The position numbers and the translations under genes are program-made. This document shows, piece by piece, positions 1 to 11,633 of a stretch of DNA of 64,000 bases (position 1 is its first letter; each line of letters starts with the position of its first letter). The notes beneath the pieces are model-generated. The model did not search any database, was not told where the DNA came from, and was given only the letters and a program-made list of their open reading frames with translations. This DNA is from an uncultured bacterium. Its GTDB lineage: Bacteria; Actinomycetota; Actinomycetes; Nanopelagicales; Nanopelagicaceae. The stretch lies in assembly GCA_963978235.1 (NCBI GenBank), contig CAXBQM010000001.1, forward strand, positions 8,080 to 72,079. The letters are read 5' to 3'.

Positions 1-286
1 GTAAATGATCAGGGTCAAGAATCACACATGTTAAAGATTCACTTTGCAACGCCATCAACTCTCGTTGACTAAACCTTAATAGATCTTTACTGACAACAAG
101 TACCCACCGTTCATTGGTATCTACTTCATTGTTGCAATATTGAATGACCTGTTCACATGAAATAGCGCGTAATCGAATATCGTTGCCCGAGTTATATAAC
201 GTCCGTGAAATTTCCGCTTCGATATCAGGATTTCCAATTGCTGTAATGACATTGATACCCGTCGATTGCGCCTCAGAATTAGACAT
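1..286 (-). CDS. N-terminal fragment (95 codons, runs off the window) of the gene just downstream of the SAF-domain gene. Its position fits the CpaE/Ssd-like ATPase of the actinobacterial Tad-like 'helicase/secretion neighbourhood'.
   Basis: Own translation from ATG 286..284: MSNSEAQSTGINVITAIGNPDIEAEISRTLYNSGNDIRLRAIS... The frame is open to position 1. The start overlaps the upstream stop by 8 nt. Function is inferred from position only. Confidence 0.35.
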   Translation of the reverse strand, partial: MSNSEAQSTGINVITAIGNPDIEAEISRTLYNSGNDIRLRAISCEQVIQYCNNEVDTNERWVLVVSKDLLRFSQRELMALQSESLTCVILDPDHL

Positions 287-911
287 GAGAGATAAGAAGG
301 ATTCGATGGTCGGATATCTTGGAGATCACTGGCAAGACATTGTGTGTACGAAGATTGACTACGACGCCGACACTTCCACTGAGATCACCGCTTCGATCAA
401 CGGAAATAACTGTTGTCGCTACTGCTATTAATTCCGAATTATCTACGCTGAGAGAACTTTGAGAATTTTTGGCTAACGCGTAAATATCGACGATTGAACC
501 ACGTTCAACATTGGCTGGTAGATCATGGCTAGCAATTTCCAGTGGAACATAGCGACAATCAACTTCAATAGTGGAATCGAGAAGAGCGGTGGTTGGGATT
601 AATTCACCTTCGCCAATGTGCTGATTAACAATCGTGCCAATGAGTTCTGCTTGGGAGGAGAAATAGCGCTCGGAATTTCCGGGAAGTAGCGCGCGGGCAG
701 CTTTTAAATCTGACTCTTCGATTACAGCGCCGGCCGAAAGTTCATGCGCTGCGCTCCACAGTAAAACAGTTCGATTGGCTTCATGGGCGATAAGAATTGC
801 TGCAATGAATGCGATAACTAAGACCACACTTCCCAGAATTGATCGTTGATAGCGTCGGAAATTTCTCGGTATTGGGATTATTTTCTGCATTGGAGATGGA
901 TAACTCAGCAT
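279..911 (-). CDS. SAF-domain / CpaB(RcpC)-like membrane-anchored protein
   Basis: One N-terminal TM segment (ILGSVVLVIAFIAAILIA) followed by a SAF-like beta-rich domain. The longest ORF runs to 989 (GTG). In-frame ATGs at 911 and 890 are more plausible starts; the start is uncertain. Confidence 0.5.
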   Translation of the reverse strand: MLSYPSPMQKIIPIPRNFRRYQRSILGSVVLVIAFIAAILIAHEANRTVLLWSAAHELSAGAVIEESDLKAARALLPGNSERYFSSQAELIGTIVNQHIGEGELIPTTALLDSTIEVDCRYVPLEIASHDLPANVERGSIVDIYALAKNSQSSLSVDNSELIAVATTVISVDRSGDLSGSVGVVVNLRTHNVLPVISKISDHRILLISHV

Positions 912-1013
912 GGCGATTAAGTGACTCTCGTTATTCACACTCAACCAAAAGGGTGAGAAAATCTCGTCTCCACATGGGATTTCTCGCACGAATTAAATAT
1001 CCAGAATCCAGAG

Positions 1014-1514
1014 ATGAAAAATCTCGTTATCCAAGAAATATATCGACCCGACTCAGATAGCCATATTTGGAACCACCCAGCGTTAGCGCTCTTTCCGAAA
1101 CGAATCGAACCGCAAAAGAATCCTGCTTCTTCACGACTCTTTTTAGTGCCAAGTACTTTTGGCGAAATTTACGAGCAAGAAGTTGCGCCACTTGCAACAC
1201 CTAAAAGTGAATTACCTGATTTAAATATTTGGGTGAAGCGATTTACGATTACTGTATTAGAAATTTGGAGCGGAAGACGAACTCCAATCCAGGTATCGCG
1301 GTGGTGTCATCGAACGATTTATCACGATTTATTGAAGAAAATTGGAAAATTCAAGTCAGCGCTACAAATTAGAAAAATTTATATCTCTGAACCAATTGAA
1401 GGAGTTGGTGAGGTTGTTGTCACGTTACGAATTGGTGAGCGAATTCGTTCACTAGTGATGCGAATTGAAGGCGTTGATCACAAGTGGTTGTGTACGGAGC
1501 TATTTCTTATTTAA
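1014..1514 (+). CDS. Rv3235-family protein (conserved actinobacterial protein next to secA)
   Basis: The segment [26 protein letters not shown] resembles the family core as I recall it. It sits convergent to secA, as in mycobacteria. Confidence 0.5.
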   Translation: MKNLVIQEIYRPDSDSHIWNHPALALFPKRIEPQKNPASSRLFLVPSTFGEIYEQEVAPLATPKSELPDLNIWVKRFTITVLEIWSGRRTPIQVSRWCHRTIYHDLLKKIGKFKSALQIRKIYISEPIEGVGEVVVTLRIGERIRSLVMRIEGVDHKWLCTELFLI

Positions 1515-4195
1515 TGAGCGCTGCCATGGCAGCGTTTGTACTTCTTCCCCGAACCACATGGGCATGGTGCATTTCGAGAGACCTCGCCACCTTTAGTTGC
1601 AGTTACTGGGGTCGCGCTACCTGATTCACTAGGAGCGGTGTATCGAAGTTGCTGCGGTGCATCTGGTTGCTGTAAACCTTTTGCTTGCACATTTTCATCT
1701 TCAATGGAGACTTCCACATTGAATAAGTAACCAACCATCTCTTCTGCGATTGAATCCATCATCGCGCTGAAGAGTTCAAAACCTTCTTTTTGATATTCAA
1801 CAAGTGGATCGCGTTGCGCCATGGCACGAAGTCCGATTCCTTCTTGCAAATAATCCATCTCATAAAGGTGTTCGCGCCACTTACGATCGAGAACCGAAAG
1901 CAGAATCTTTCGTTCGAGTTCGCGAAGGACATCTCCGCCCAACGTATTTTCTCGTTCTGAATATTTCGCTTGAGCATCGTTCATTACCCGCTCAATAATT
2001 GTTTCGCTATCTAAACTTTCTCGCCCACCAAATTCTCGTTCAATATCTTCAATCGTAAATGAGATGGGATAGAGCGATTTTAAAGCGCTCCACAATTTCT
2101 CCAGATCCCAATCTTCAGGGAAACCTTCCGCGGTAGCAGCGGCGACGTATGCTGAAACAGTATCGTCGATAAATTCCTTCACTAATTCGCTGATGTCTTT
2201 GCCTTCCAAAACTTCACGACGCTCGCGATAGACCACTTCACGTTGCCGGTTCATCACATCGTCATATTTCAAAACATTCTTACGCATCTCAAAATTCTGT
2301 GATTCGACTTGTGTCTGTGCCGAGCGAATTGCATTGGAGACCATCTTCGATTCAATAGGTTGATCTTCTGGGATACCGGCAGCTGTGAGGAACCTTTCCA
2401 CCATTCCAGAATTGAAACGACGCATTAATTCATCTTGTAAGGAGAGATAGAAACGAGATTCGCCAGGATCACCTTGTCGACCAGATCTACCACGCAACTG
2501 ATTATCGATTCGACGAGATTCGTGTCGTTCTGTTCCCAATACGTAGAGACCACCGAGAGCTACAACTTCTTCATGTTCTTTCGCGACTGCCGCTTTCTGT
2601 TTTGCAATCTCTGCTGGCCATTCACGTTCGTACTCTTCGGCGTTATCGACTGGCGATATGCCTCGTCGTTGTAATTCAAAATCAGCCATGAACTCTGGGT
2701 TACCACCAAGCATGATGTCGGTACCACGACCTGCCATGTTTGTTGCAACTGTTACTGCGCCAAGTGTTCCCGCTCGAGCAACAACTGCTGCTTCTCGTTC
2801 ATGTTGTTTTGCGTTGAGCACTTCATGCGGAATACCGCGTTTACGTAGCGTCTGTGAAAGAACTTCTGAATTTTCAACTGAGACGGTACCAACAAGAACT
2901 GGTTGGCCTTTTCTATGGCGTTCAACGATGTCATGTGCGACCGCCTCAAATTTTCCAGCTTCAGTTTTGTACACCAAATCGGATTGATCAATTCGACACA
3001 TAGTTCGATTCGTAGGAATCGGTACCACGCCGAGTTTGTAAATCTGCATAAATTCAGAGGCTTCGGTCATAGCGGTACCAGTCATGCCAGATAACTTCTC
3101 GTAAAGTCGGAAGTAATTTTGGAGAGTGATAGTCGCAAGAGTTTGATTTTCATCCTTGATATCAATGCGTTCTTTAGCTTCAAGTGCTTGGTGAAGTCCT
3201 TCGTTGTATCGTCGACCTTGCAACATACGCCCCGTATGTTCGTCAACAATGAGAAGTTCGCCTTGCATGACAACGTAATCTTTATCGCGCTTAAAGAGTT
3301 CTTTCGCTCGAATAGCGTTATTGAGATAGCCAATCATTGGAGTATTGACCGCTTCATAAAGGTTCTCAATTTTGAGTAGTTCTTCTACTTTGGTAACGCC
3401 CTCATCAAGCACACCAACAGTTCGTTTCTTCTCATCAACTTCATAATGAGTATCTCGAATGAGTCGACTCGCAATATTGGCAAACTCTACGTACCACTTT
3501 GTGGCTTTATCCGCGGGGCCAGAAATAATAAGCGGAGTACGAGCTTCATCAATCAAAATTGAGTCCACTTCATCGACGATGGCAAAGTGGTGTTGGCGTT
3601 GTACGCAATCACTCAAATTCCATGCCATGTTGTCGCGAAGATAATCAAAACCAAATTCATTATTTGTTCCGTAAGTTATATCTGCGTTGTACTGTTCGCG
3701 CCGCTCATGGGGCGTCATCGAAGCGAGAATTACGCCGACTTTTAAACCGAGGAATCGATGAACTCGACCCATCCACTCACTATCGCGTTCGGCAAGGTAA
3801 TCATTTGTCGTAACAACGTGAACGCCTTTACCTGTAAGTGCATTGAGATATGCCGGCAATGTCGAGACTAAAGTTTTTCCTTCACCCGTTCGCATTTCCG
3901 CAATATTTCCGGAGTGCAGTGCGGCCCCACCCATTATTTGCACGTCATAGTGGCGTTGGCCGAGCGTTCGTTTTGCTGCTTCTCGAACCGTCGCAAATGC
4001 TTCTGGTAATAAGTCATCTAAATCTTCACCAGCGCTTAAACGTGCTTTGAATTCTTCGGTTTTGCCTCGTAGTTGATCGTCGCTGAGCACTTGTATCTGC
4101 GCTTCGCACGCGTTGACTTCGGCTGCTATTCGTTCTAATCGCTTAAGGGTACGTCCTTCCCCGGCACGTAATATTTTGTCGAGGATCGCTACCAC
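1511..4195 (-). CDS. secA: Preprotein translocase ATPase SecA
   Basis: [14 protein letters not shown]-terminus, DEAD-like motor motifs, and a C-terminal zinc motif [15 protein letters not shown] moved the start to GTG 4195 (VVAILDKIL), just after the comF-like stop. The track ORF extends to 4270. Confidence 0.95.
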   Translation of the reverse strand: MVAILDKILRAGEGRTLKRLERIAAEVNACEAQIQVLSDDQLRGKTEEFKARLSAGEDLDDLLPEAFATVREAAKRTLGQRHYDVQIMGGAALHSGNIAEMRTGEGKTLVSTLPAYLNALTGKGVHVVTTNDYLAERDSEWMGRVHRFLGLKVGVILASMTPHERREQYNADITYGTNNEFGFDYLRDNMAWNLSDCVQRQHHFAIVDEVDSILIDEARTPLIISGPADKATKWYVEFANIASRLIRDTHYEVDEKKRTVGVLDEGVTKVEELLKIENLYEAVNTPMIGYLNNAIRAKELFKRDKDYVVMQGELLIVDEHTGRMLQGRRYNEGLHQALEAKERIDIKDENQTLATITLQNYFRLYEKLSGMTGTAMTEASEFMQIYKLGVVPIPTNRTMCRIDQSDLVYKTEAGKFEAVAHDIVERHRKGQPVLVGTVSVENSEVLSQTLRKRGIPHEVLNAKQHEREAAVVARAGTLGAVTVATNMAGRGTDIMLGGNPEFMADFELQRRGISPVDNAEEYEREWPAEIAKQKAAVAKEHEEVVALGGLYVLGTERHESRRIDNQLRGRSGRQGDPGESRFYLSLQDELMRRFNSGMVERFLTAAGIPEDQPIESKMVSNAIRSAQTQVESQNFEMRKNVLKYDDVMNRQREVVYRERREVLEGKDISELVKEFIDDTVSAYVAAATAEGFPEDWDLEKLWSALKSLYPISFTIEDIEREFGGRESLDSETIIERVMNDAQAKYSERENTLGGDVLRELERKILLSVLDRKWREHLYEMDYLQEGIGLRAMAQRDPLVEYQKEGFELFSAMMDSIAEEMVGYLFNVEVSIEDENVQAKGLQQPDAPQQLRYTAPSESGSATPVTATKGGEVSRNAPCPCGSGKKYKRCHGSAH

Positions 4196-4199
4196 TGGC

Positions 4200-4871
4200 C
4201 TATCGTATTCGCATTTGCTGGGGTGATGCACACGCGGCAATTCCACCGAGAATAGTGGCCTTGGCAACATTAAGGGCAGAAAACGCTGCTTTTAAGGTAG
4301 CACCGGTCGTGATGACATCGTCAACTATCACCGTGGGAATATCAATTTTCTCGCGAACCATCAGTGCGTGATCCATGTTCCGTAATCTTTGATTCATTGT
4401 TAAACCAGATTGATCGCGCACTTTACGCTGATGTATCAGTACATCGTGAATCTCTAAGGAAATTCGTGGCTTACTTTTAGAAGTGGTGTTCTGTAGTGCA
4501 ACAAATTCCTGCAACAGATCAATAATAAAGTTTCTACCGCGCCGTCGAATCGCTTCTTTTGATGAAGGTACAGGTACTAACGCAACTTTGGGTTCAGTGA
4601 TGTGTAACAACGAAAAAGCAGACCACAGAGATAACGCTAATGATTTGTGCGCGCTCCGAATACCGCGTTCTTTTGCCCGCAAAATAATTCTTGCCGATGC
4701 TTCGTTATAGACATAACCGGCAGCGACCGCTTCCGAAAATCCATAAATAGGTTTGCCCGATGAACTTAAAAGGTGCGCACACCGGGAACAGATTGGGATA
4801 GATGATTGAGCACATAATTCACACGTGGTTGGAAAAATCAAAGACTTTAATGCATCTATAATTTGGTACAT
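4200..4871 (-). CDS. ComF-family protein (zinc-finger N-terminus plus phosphoribosyltransferase domain)
   Basis: CxxC...CxxC N-terminus and the PRTase motif [13 protein letters not shown]. Confidence 0.8.
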   Translation of the reverse strand: MYQIIDALKSLIFPTTCELCAQSSIPICSRCAHLLSSSGKPIYGFSEAVAAGYVYNEASARIILRAKERGIRSAHKSLALSLWSAFSLLHITEPKVALVPVPSSKEAIRRRGRNFIIDLLQEFVALQNTTSKSKPRISLEIHDVLIHQRKVRDQSGLTMNQRLRNMDHALMVREKIDIPTVIVDDVITTGATLKAAFSALNVAKATILGGIAACASPQQMRIR

Positions 4872-4940
4872 AGAACATTTGTAACGTATTAAATTAAATC
4901 GGAAATCTAATTTTTTCGTTGAGTGGAGAAGTAGCGGGTG

Positions 4941-6467
4941 TTAATGATGGATGGGCAATTGCGTTAAATCATCACCAAACTTCTTGGGAATTGTTAAAGT
5001 AAAATGTGCACCTTGATTGAGTTCACTCCATAACGTGATTCGTCCATTATGAAGTCGCGCATCTTCTTGCGCGATGGCTAGTCCTAGTCCAGTTCCGCCG
5101 CGCGCGCGGGAGCGTGACGTATCAGCTCGCCAAAATCGATCAAAAACTCGATGGTGATTCTGTGGATCAATCCCCACACCGTGATCTCGCACGCCAATGG
5201 AGAGCGATTTATCATCTGCAATCACCGAGACATTGACTGCCTTTCCTTCCGAGTGCTCAATTGCGTTGGTCAGTAAATTTCGAACAATTCGATTGATTCG
5301 TCGCGGATCTATCTGGGCCGAGAGATCCTCGCCAACACTCTCCAAAGTCAAACTCGTCGAACGATCGCTAGCTACTAGAGCGAGATCATCCATACATTTG
5401 CTAACTAATTCTCGAACGTTGGTGATCTCCGGTTTTACATTGGCCACATCTGCATCAAATCGACTTACTTCAAGTAAGTCTTCAAGGAGTTTTTCAAATT
5501 TATCAATTTGCGCCAATAACAATTCAGTACTTCTGCTTATTGCCGGATCAAAACTATCTCGTGCATTAAAAAGGAGATCGGATGCCATTCGAATAGTGGT
5601 TAATGGCGTGCGAAGTTCGTGTGAAACATCAGAGACGAATTGCTGTTGGACGCGTGAGAGATTTTCTAATCGTCTGATTTGCTCTTCAATAGAACGAGCC
5701 ATGTCATTAAAGGATTGACCCAGTCTGCCGATTTCGTCTTTACTTTGGATATCTAATCGAAGATCGAGGGCACCAGTTGTAAGTTTTTCAGCAGTAGCTG
5801 CAACATTTCGTATCGGCTCCAGTATTTGACGGAGCGTTAACCACGTGACAAAAGTAATTAAAATAAGTAGCGCAAATCCAGTCAACCAAAGATAATTCCT
5901 AATCAAATCTAAGGCTTTCAATTGTGGTTCTAAACTGAAGAGCACATACATTTCATATGTTCCAGACTTTGATACTTGAATCTCTTCACCAACAGCTACC
6001 GATGGAACCAATTTTCCGCTGGCATATTTGGTATTAACAATCTCCCATGAAATGTTGCTCGTTGAAGCGACCTTCTCGCGTAATGAATTGGTGATTGAAG
6101 TGAGCGAAATTTTGTTAGATACCGCGTCGATGGGTACTTCTGGATCAATATTTTGTAATCCTCTTACTAAAATAATTTCCCGACTTGAAATATCACTTCC
6201 GATCGCTTGTGAATTAACAATCTCTTTTGCCGTACGTTGAAGTTCTGAATCAGTTCTGCTGGAAGCAAGTAATCGAGTTTGAGCAAAATAGATGGTGTAG
6301 ACAGCTTCCGAGATTGCCGAGTCGACCTTTTCTTCTTTAATACCCGCTGAAATTCGTGCAAAAAGCGTCGTTCCGACCAGGCCAAGCACTACAGATGTCA
6401 GAAGGACAATGGAAAGAATTACTTTTAGCGTCAGCGAACGTCGAATTCGTTCGGTCATCGAATCCAT
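4941..6467 (-). CDS. mtrB: Sensor histidine kinase MtrB
   Basis: Two TM segments, HAMP, H-box SHELRTPL, and G-boxes GGTGLGLAI. The start overlaps the mtrA stop by 1 nt (TAATG). Confidence 0.85.
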   Translation of the reverse strand: MDSMTERIRRSLTLKVILSIVLLTSVVLGLVGTTLFARISAGIKEEKVDSAISEAVYTIYFAQTRLLASSRTDSELQRTAKEIVNSQAIGSDISSREIILVRGLQNIDPEVPIDAVSNKISLTSITNSLREKVASTSNISWEIVNTKYASGKLVPSVAVGEEIQVSKSGTYEMYVLFSLEPQLKALDLIRNYLWLTGFALLILITFVTWLTLRQILEPIRNVAATAEKLTTGALDLRLDIQSKDEIGRLGQSFNDMARSIEEQIRRLENLSRVQQQFVSDVSHELRTPLTTIRMASDLLFNARDSFDPAISRSTELLLAQIDKFEKLLEDLLEVSRFDADVANVKPEITNVRELVSKCMDDLALVASDRSTSLTLESVGEDLSAQIDPRRINRIVRNLLTNAIEHSEGKAVNVSVIADDKSLSIGVRDHGVGIDPQNHHRVFDRFWRADTSRSRARGGTGLGLAIAQEDARLHNGRITLWSELNQGAHFTLTIPKKFGDDLTQLPIHH

Positions 6468-7158
6468 TACTTACCTCGAGATCCGCTGGCTCCCGCTTTG
6501 TATCCAATTCCGCGAACTGTGGTGATGATGGCGGGATTTTCTGGATCGTGTTCTACTTTCGCACGAAGTCGTTGTACATGAACGTTCACTAATCGCGTAT
6601 CAGTCGAATGTCGATAACCCCATACTTCATTAAGCAGGGCTTCTCTGGTAAATACTCGGCCAGGCTCTTTGGCAAGCGCGACAAGAAGATCAAACTCCAA
6701 ACGAGTGAGTGGGATCTCTTTTGAAGCACGGGTAATGGTGTGCTCGACAACATCAATAGAGATATCACCTAATGTCAGGATTCCCTTTACATCTGAAGAA
6801 GTTCTACGCAATCTCGTTTTGATTCGAGCAACAAGTTCGCTTGGTTTAAAAGGCTTCACCATGTAATCGTCTGCCCCGGCTTCTAAACCAAGGACAATGT
6901 CATGGGTATCGCCTTTTGCAGTCAACATCACTATTGGAATCTGAATTGCATGTTCTCTAATTTGGCGACAGACTTCCACGCCATCTAGTCCGGGCAGCAT
7001 GACATCAAGCAGAATCAAATCTGGCGGATTATTCTTCACAACATCGAGTACTTCATCGCCTCGACTAACTAAATCAACTTCAATCCCAACACCGTTGAGA
7101 ACAATGCCCAACATCTCTGCAAGGTCTTGATCATCATCGACGACCAATACCGAAGTCA

Positions 7159-7159
<1 letters not shown>
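6467..7159 (-). CDS. mtrA: OmpR-family response regulator MtrA
   Basis: Receiver domain (LVVDDD, LILLDVMLPGLDG, K at MVKPF) plus a winged-helix C-terminus. Synteny with mtrB. Confidence 0.9.
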
Positions 7160-8454
<1,295 letters not shown>

Positions 8455-8488
8455 TTATATGGCACGTATATTTAGCGAGAGCCGTACT

Positions 8489-9868
8489 TTACCGCGACTT
8501 AATGAAGTTCAGCACCTCGTCGCGAATTACCGCCATCTCTTTGGCTGTTTTTGCCTCAACATTGAGTCGAAGAAGTGGCTCGGTATTAGATGGTCGAACA
8601 TTGAACCACCATTCAGGCGCTGAGACTGTCAAGCCATCGAGTCGATCGAATTTAAGACCTCGCTCTTCTGCTTGAAGTTCATAGCGTTCTTCAATTGCAA
8701 CGATGGATTCTTTTGGACTCGCAACTTCTGTATTTATCTCACCACTTTGGAAATAACGATTGTAAGGAGCAAGCAGAGTTGATAACGGCACTGTGCTTTC
8801 TATCAGCGCTGAAATCGCATGAAGTGCGGCCAGCATTCCAGAATCTGCTCGCCAAAATTCTTTAAAGTAGAAATGTCCCGAATGTTCACCGCCAAATATC
8901 GCGCCAGTTTCTTCCATAAGTTTCTTAATATAAGAATGTCCGACTCGACTTCGCACTGCAGTGCCGCCCGCGGCTTCAACAACTTCCCTTACTGTTTGAG
9001 AAGAAATCAAGTTATAAATAATTGTTGATTGGGGATGTTTTCTCAGTTCACGATCGGCGATTAATGCAGTGAGCGCAGAAGGTGAAACCAAAGTACCCGT
9101 TTCATCAACGAGGAAGCATCGATCCGCATCACCATCAAATGCCAGACCTATATCTGCTTTTTTCTTTTTTACTAGTTTCTGTAGATCAACTAAATTTTCG
9201 GGATCAATGGGGTTTGCTTCATGATTGGGAAAGGAACCATCTAATTCGAAATAGAGCGGGAAGATTTCGGCATCAATGCGGGCAAGCACAGCTGGCGCAG
9301 TGTGGCCGGCCATGCCATTTCCAGCATCAACTGCAATGCGAAGTTTTCTCCCCGAAAAGCCTCGATCAAAGAGCGAAAAGAGGAAATCAACATAATCCGT
9401 CAGCATCTCTCGACGAGTTTCCTTACCAACTGGTCGATTTGATATCGGCGAACCCGCTTCGATTGCATTTCTAATCCACGTTAATCCAGTTTCTTTGCCG
9501 ATTGGTCGAGCGCCACTTTTACATAACTTAATTCCGTTATAGGCGGCTGGATTATGGCTAGCTGTAAACATTGCACCCGGCATATTCAATCTGCCGGCAG
9601 CAAAGTACAACAGGTCAGTTGATGCTAAGCCGATGCGAATGACATCCATTCCTTGCGAAGTAACGCCGTGGGCGAAAGCGTCTGCAAGTTCTGGCGAGGA
9701 TGGCCGCATATCTTCACCGATGACGACGGTGGCAGGTTCTCGTTCACTCTCTAAGAAACGTGCAAAGGCAGCGCCAGCTGAAAATGTAAAATCTGGAGTT
9801 AACTCTTTTCCAACCAGGCCACGAATGTCATACGCCTTAATTATTTTGTCGAGTGATTCGCTATTCAT
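8489..9868 (-). CDS. manB: Phosphomannomutase/phosphoglucomutase
   Basis: Active-site loop TASHNPAAYNGIK, metal loop FDGDADR, and sugar loop GGEHSGH. Confidence 0.9.
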   Translation of the reverse strand: MNSESLDKIIKAYDIRGLVGKELTPDFTFSAGAAFARFLESEREPATVVIGEDMRPSSPELADAFAHGVTSQGMDVIRIGLASTDLLYFAAGRLNMPGAMFTASHNPAAYNGIKLCKSGARPIGKETGLTWIRNAIEAGSPISNRPVGKETRREMLTDYVDFLFSLFDRGFSGRKLRIAVDAGNGMAGHTAPAVLARIDAEIFPLYFELDGSFPNHEANPIDPENLVDLQKLVKKKKADIGLAFDGDADRCFLVDETGTLVSPSALTALIADRELRKHPQSTIIYNLISSQTVREVVEAAGGTAVRSRVGHSYIKKLMEETGAIFGGEHSGHFYFKEFWRADSGMLAALHAISALIESTVPLSTLLAPYNRYFQSGEINTEVASPKESIVAIEERYELQAEERGLKFDRLDGLTVSAPEWWFNVRPSNTEPLLRLNVEAKTAKEMAVIRDEVLNFIKSR

Positions 9869-9879
9869 TTACCACAACT

Positions 9880-10260
9880 TTATGATGGCAGAACTCTGAG
9901 ATGTCCGCGCCTTCCATGTTGCGCGCTCTTTTCGGTTTTAATCTCTGCGTTTCGCTCCTTCTCAACATCTGCCAAGCCAACTTCTCGAATTGCATCCGCA
10001 ATAGCCATCAAATCATCTTCGCTTGGACCGCTTGTGTAGCTTTCTGGGTGGTGTTGCAGAACGGTCCATCCCATCGGCACCGTCAATTTTTCACTATGTA
10101 TTTCACATAAATCATAGGCATGAGGTTCGGCATACGTTGCTAACGGTCCTAATACCGCCGTCGAATCTGAATAAATATATGTCAGAGTTCGCATCGCAAC
10201 GTTTCGACAACCAGTTCGTGAACATGACCGAACTGTTCGTCGTGACTTTTCAGATGACAT
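9880..10260 (-). CDS. DUF3499 domain protein
   Basis: CSRTGCRNVAMRTLTYIYSDSTAVLGPL...PHAYDLCEIHSEKLTVPMGW, the typical DUF3499 pattern. It sits next to manB, the conserved position. Confidence 0.7.
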   Translation of the reverse strand: MSSEKSRRTVRSCSRTGCRNVAMRTLTYIYSDSTAVLGPLATYAEPHAYDLCEIHSEKLTVPMGWTVLQHHPESYTSGPSEDDLMAIADAIREVGLADVEKERNAEIKTEKSAQHGRRGHLRVLPS

Positions 10261-10280
10261 GCCAACAGACTAGTGCGAAA

Positions 10281-11633
10281 TTAAGAAATAGTTGCTGCGT
10301 TTGAAATTGGTTTCGCGGCCGTGTCGAGAATGGATCCCGATTTCAATGGTAAGAAGGCAATCCCCGACGCGGTTCGCCACGTAAAAGCGCCGCCAGAAAG
10401 TGTGGCGCCACGGGGGGTGCGTGAAATCGTTACTTGGCGGGTATTTGCTGGAACTTGCCATTGAAGAAAGTCTCGTTCATGAAAAGTCTTACTCGAAATC
10501 TTGCCTTTAGCGTTACTCCACGAAAGCACCACATCGATTGCATCACTTACTAAGGTAAGAGTTGGCTCCAACCCGCCAAGATTGATCACTATCGGGGCTT
10601 GTTCCAATTCGTCAGCGCTTTGACTTGGAGTACTCCACTGGAAATCCCGGAAATTTTTTCCTTCAAAGTAGGTATACACCGACGCAACCAGATTTTGATC
10701 TGCTGTTATTTTCAGACCAAAAATATTTGAGCCTAGATCACCCTCCAATGAAACTTCTCGGACTATACCCGGCGCGAGATTAATTGCATTGAGACCTATC
10801 GGCGTTATCACACTCTGTGAATTTGATACTTGAACTGATGCGGTGGTCTTTACATCGCCAGTATTCATAAGACGTAAAATATGTTTCACCGAAATTGCTT
10901 TTGATTTATTTTTCTTATCGATGTTTCCTGATGTCGTGGGAATTCCTCCGATGAAAAGCGTTGGCGCGCTGAAGGATTGTGAATTAACGTAATCCCCTCC
11001 ATAAGTACGTAAACCTTTCTTTCGCTCATCGAAAAGATAGGACGTAATTCTTCCCGTTCTGGTGATCAAGTGAAATGCGGTGGCGGAATTTCCAGGAACA
11101 ATTGAGTCAAGCCGAATATTTTTCTGTGAGCTCTGCTTAACGGTATAGGAAAGTTTCGCGAGAAAACCTTTCTCCGAATATGCCGATATTTCCATTACGG
11201 CATCACTGAGACCACTATTAACTAGAGAGAGATAACTCTGGCTCGTGATATCAGCGCTACCTCCGACAAACCAACTATCGGATATACCGGCAGAACAAAT
11301 TGCAGCACCAGTCCACGTTGAACTCTTGGTTTGAATCGCAAAGGTCGTTCCATTATTTCCAGCGACGAGAAGTGGTGATTTACCAACGACATGGCTCGTA
11401 GCGCCAGCGCTTCTAAATTTCAACACTTTCTTGGTGGATAAAACGTCATGTATTTGGGTTTTTTTACTCGGCAAAAGAGCCGTAACTAATCCACTATTTG
11501 CAGAAGCTGGACAGACTGTCGGCGAAAAATTCCGGGTAATACGAGTTGTGACACTTCCCTGTGGGAAAAGTAGGGTTGCAATGACCGCTACAGCAAGAAA
11601 GAGAATAAAACCGACTCCGGGAATTTTTCTCAT
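10281..11633 (-). CDS. DUF5719-like secreted protein
   Basis: Signal/anchor sequence (ILFLAVAVIATLL) followed by a beta-rich Ser/Thr-rich body. The start overlaps the stop of the giant GT2 by 4 nt, the usual partner arrangement. Confidence 0.5.
   Translation of the reverse strand: MRKIPGVGFILFLAVAVIATLLFPQGSVTTRITRNFSPTVCPASANSGLVTALLPSKKTQIHDVLSTKKVLKFRSAGATSHVVGKSPLLVAGNNGTTFAIQTKSSTWTGAAICSAGISDSWFVGGSADITSQSYLSLVNSGLSDAVMEISAYSEKGFLAKLSYTVKQSSQKNIRLDSIVPGNSATAFHLITRTGRITSYLFDERKKGLRTYGGDYVNSQSFSAPTLFIGGIPTTSGNIDKKNKSKAISVKHILRLMNTGDVKTTASVQVSNSQSVITPIGLNAINLAPGIVREVSLEGDLGSNIFGLKITADQNLVASVYTYFEGKNFRDFQWSTPSQSADELEQAPIVINLGGLEPTLTLVSDAIDVVLSWSNAKGKISSKTFHERDFLQWQVPANTRQVTISRTPRGATLSGGAFTWRTASGIAFLPLKSGSILDTAAKPISNAATIS

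Noticed and set aside
4872-4940. AT-rich 69-nt gap between mtrB and the comF-like gene, considered as a promoter or sRNA.
   Set aside because: Several TANNNT matches occur, but that is expected in AT-rich sequence. None has the N6/7 geometry, there is no structure, and the gap is too short for an RNA gene.
5197-5718. Long antisense ORFs inside well-supported genes. Examples: 5197-5718 in mtrB, 8298-8675, 9082-9474 in manB, 13113-13505 in the GT2 gene, 27740-28246 in mrp, 28922-29290 in htrA, 36162-36551, 59889-60320 in deoA, and 61253-61678 in the permease gene.
   Set aside because: Their translations are low-complexity (rich in Ser, Arg, Pro) and show no family motifs. They lie exactly opposite genes with strong motif support, and I saw no SD or -10 geometry at the few starts I checked. 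These are typical shadow ORFs.
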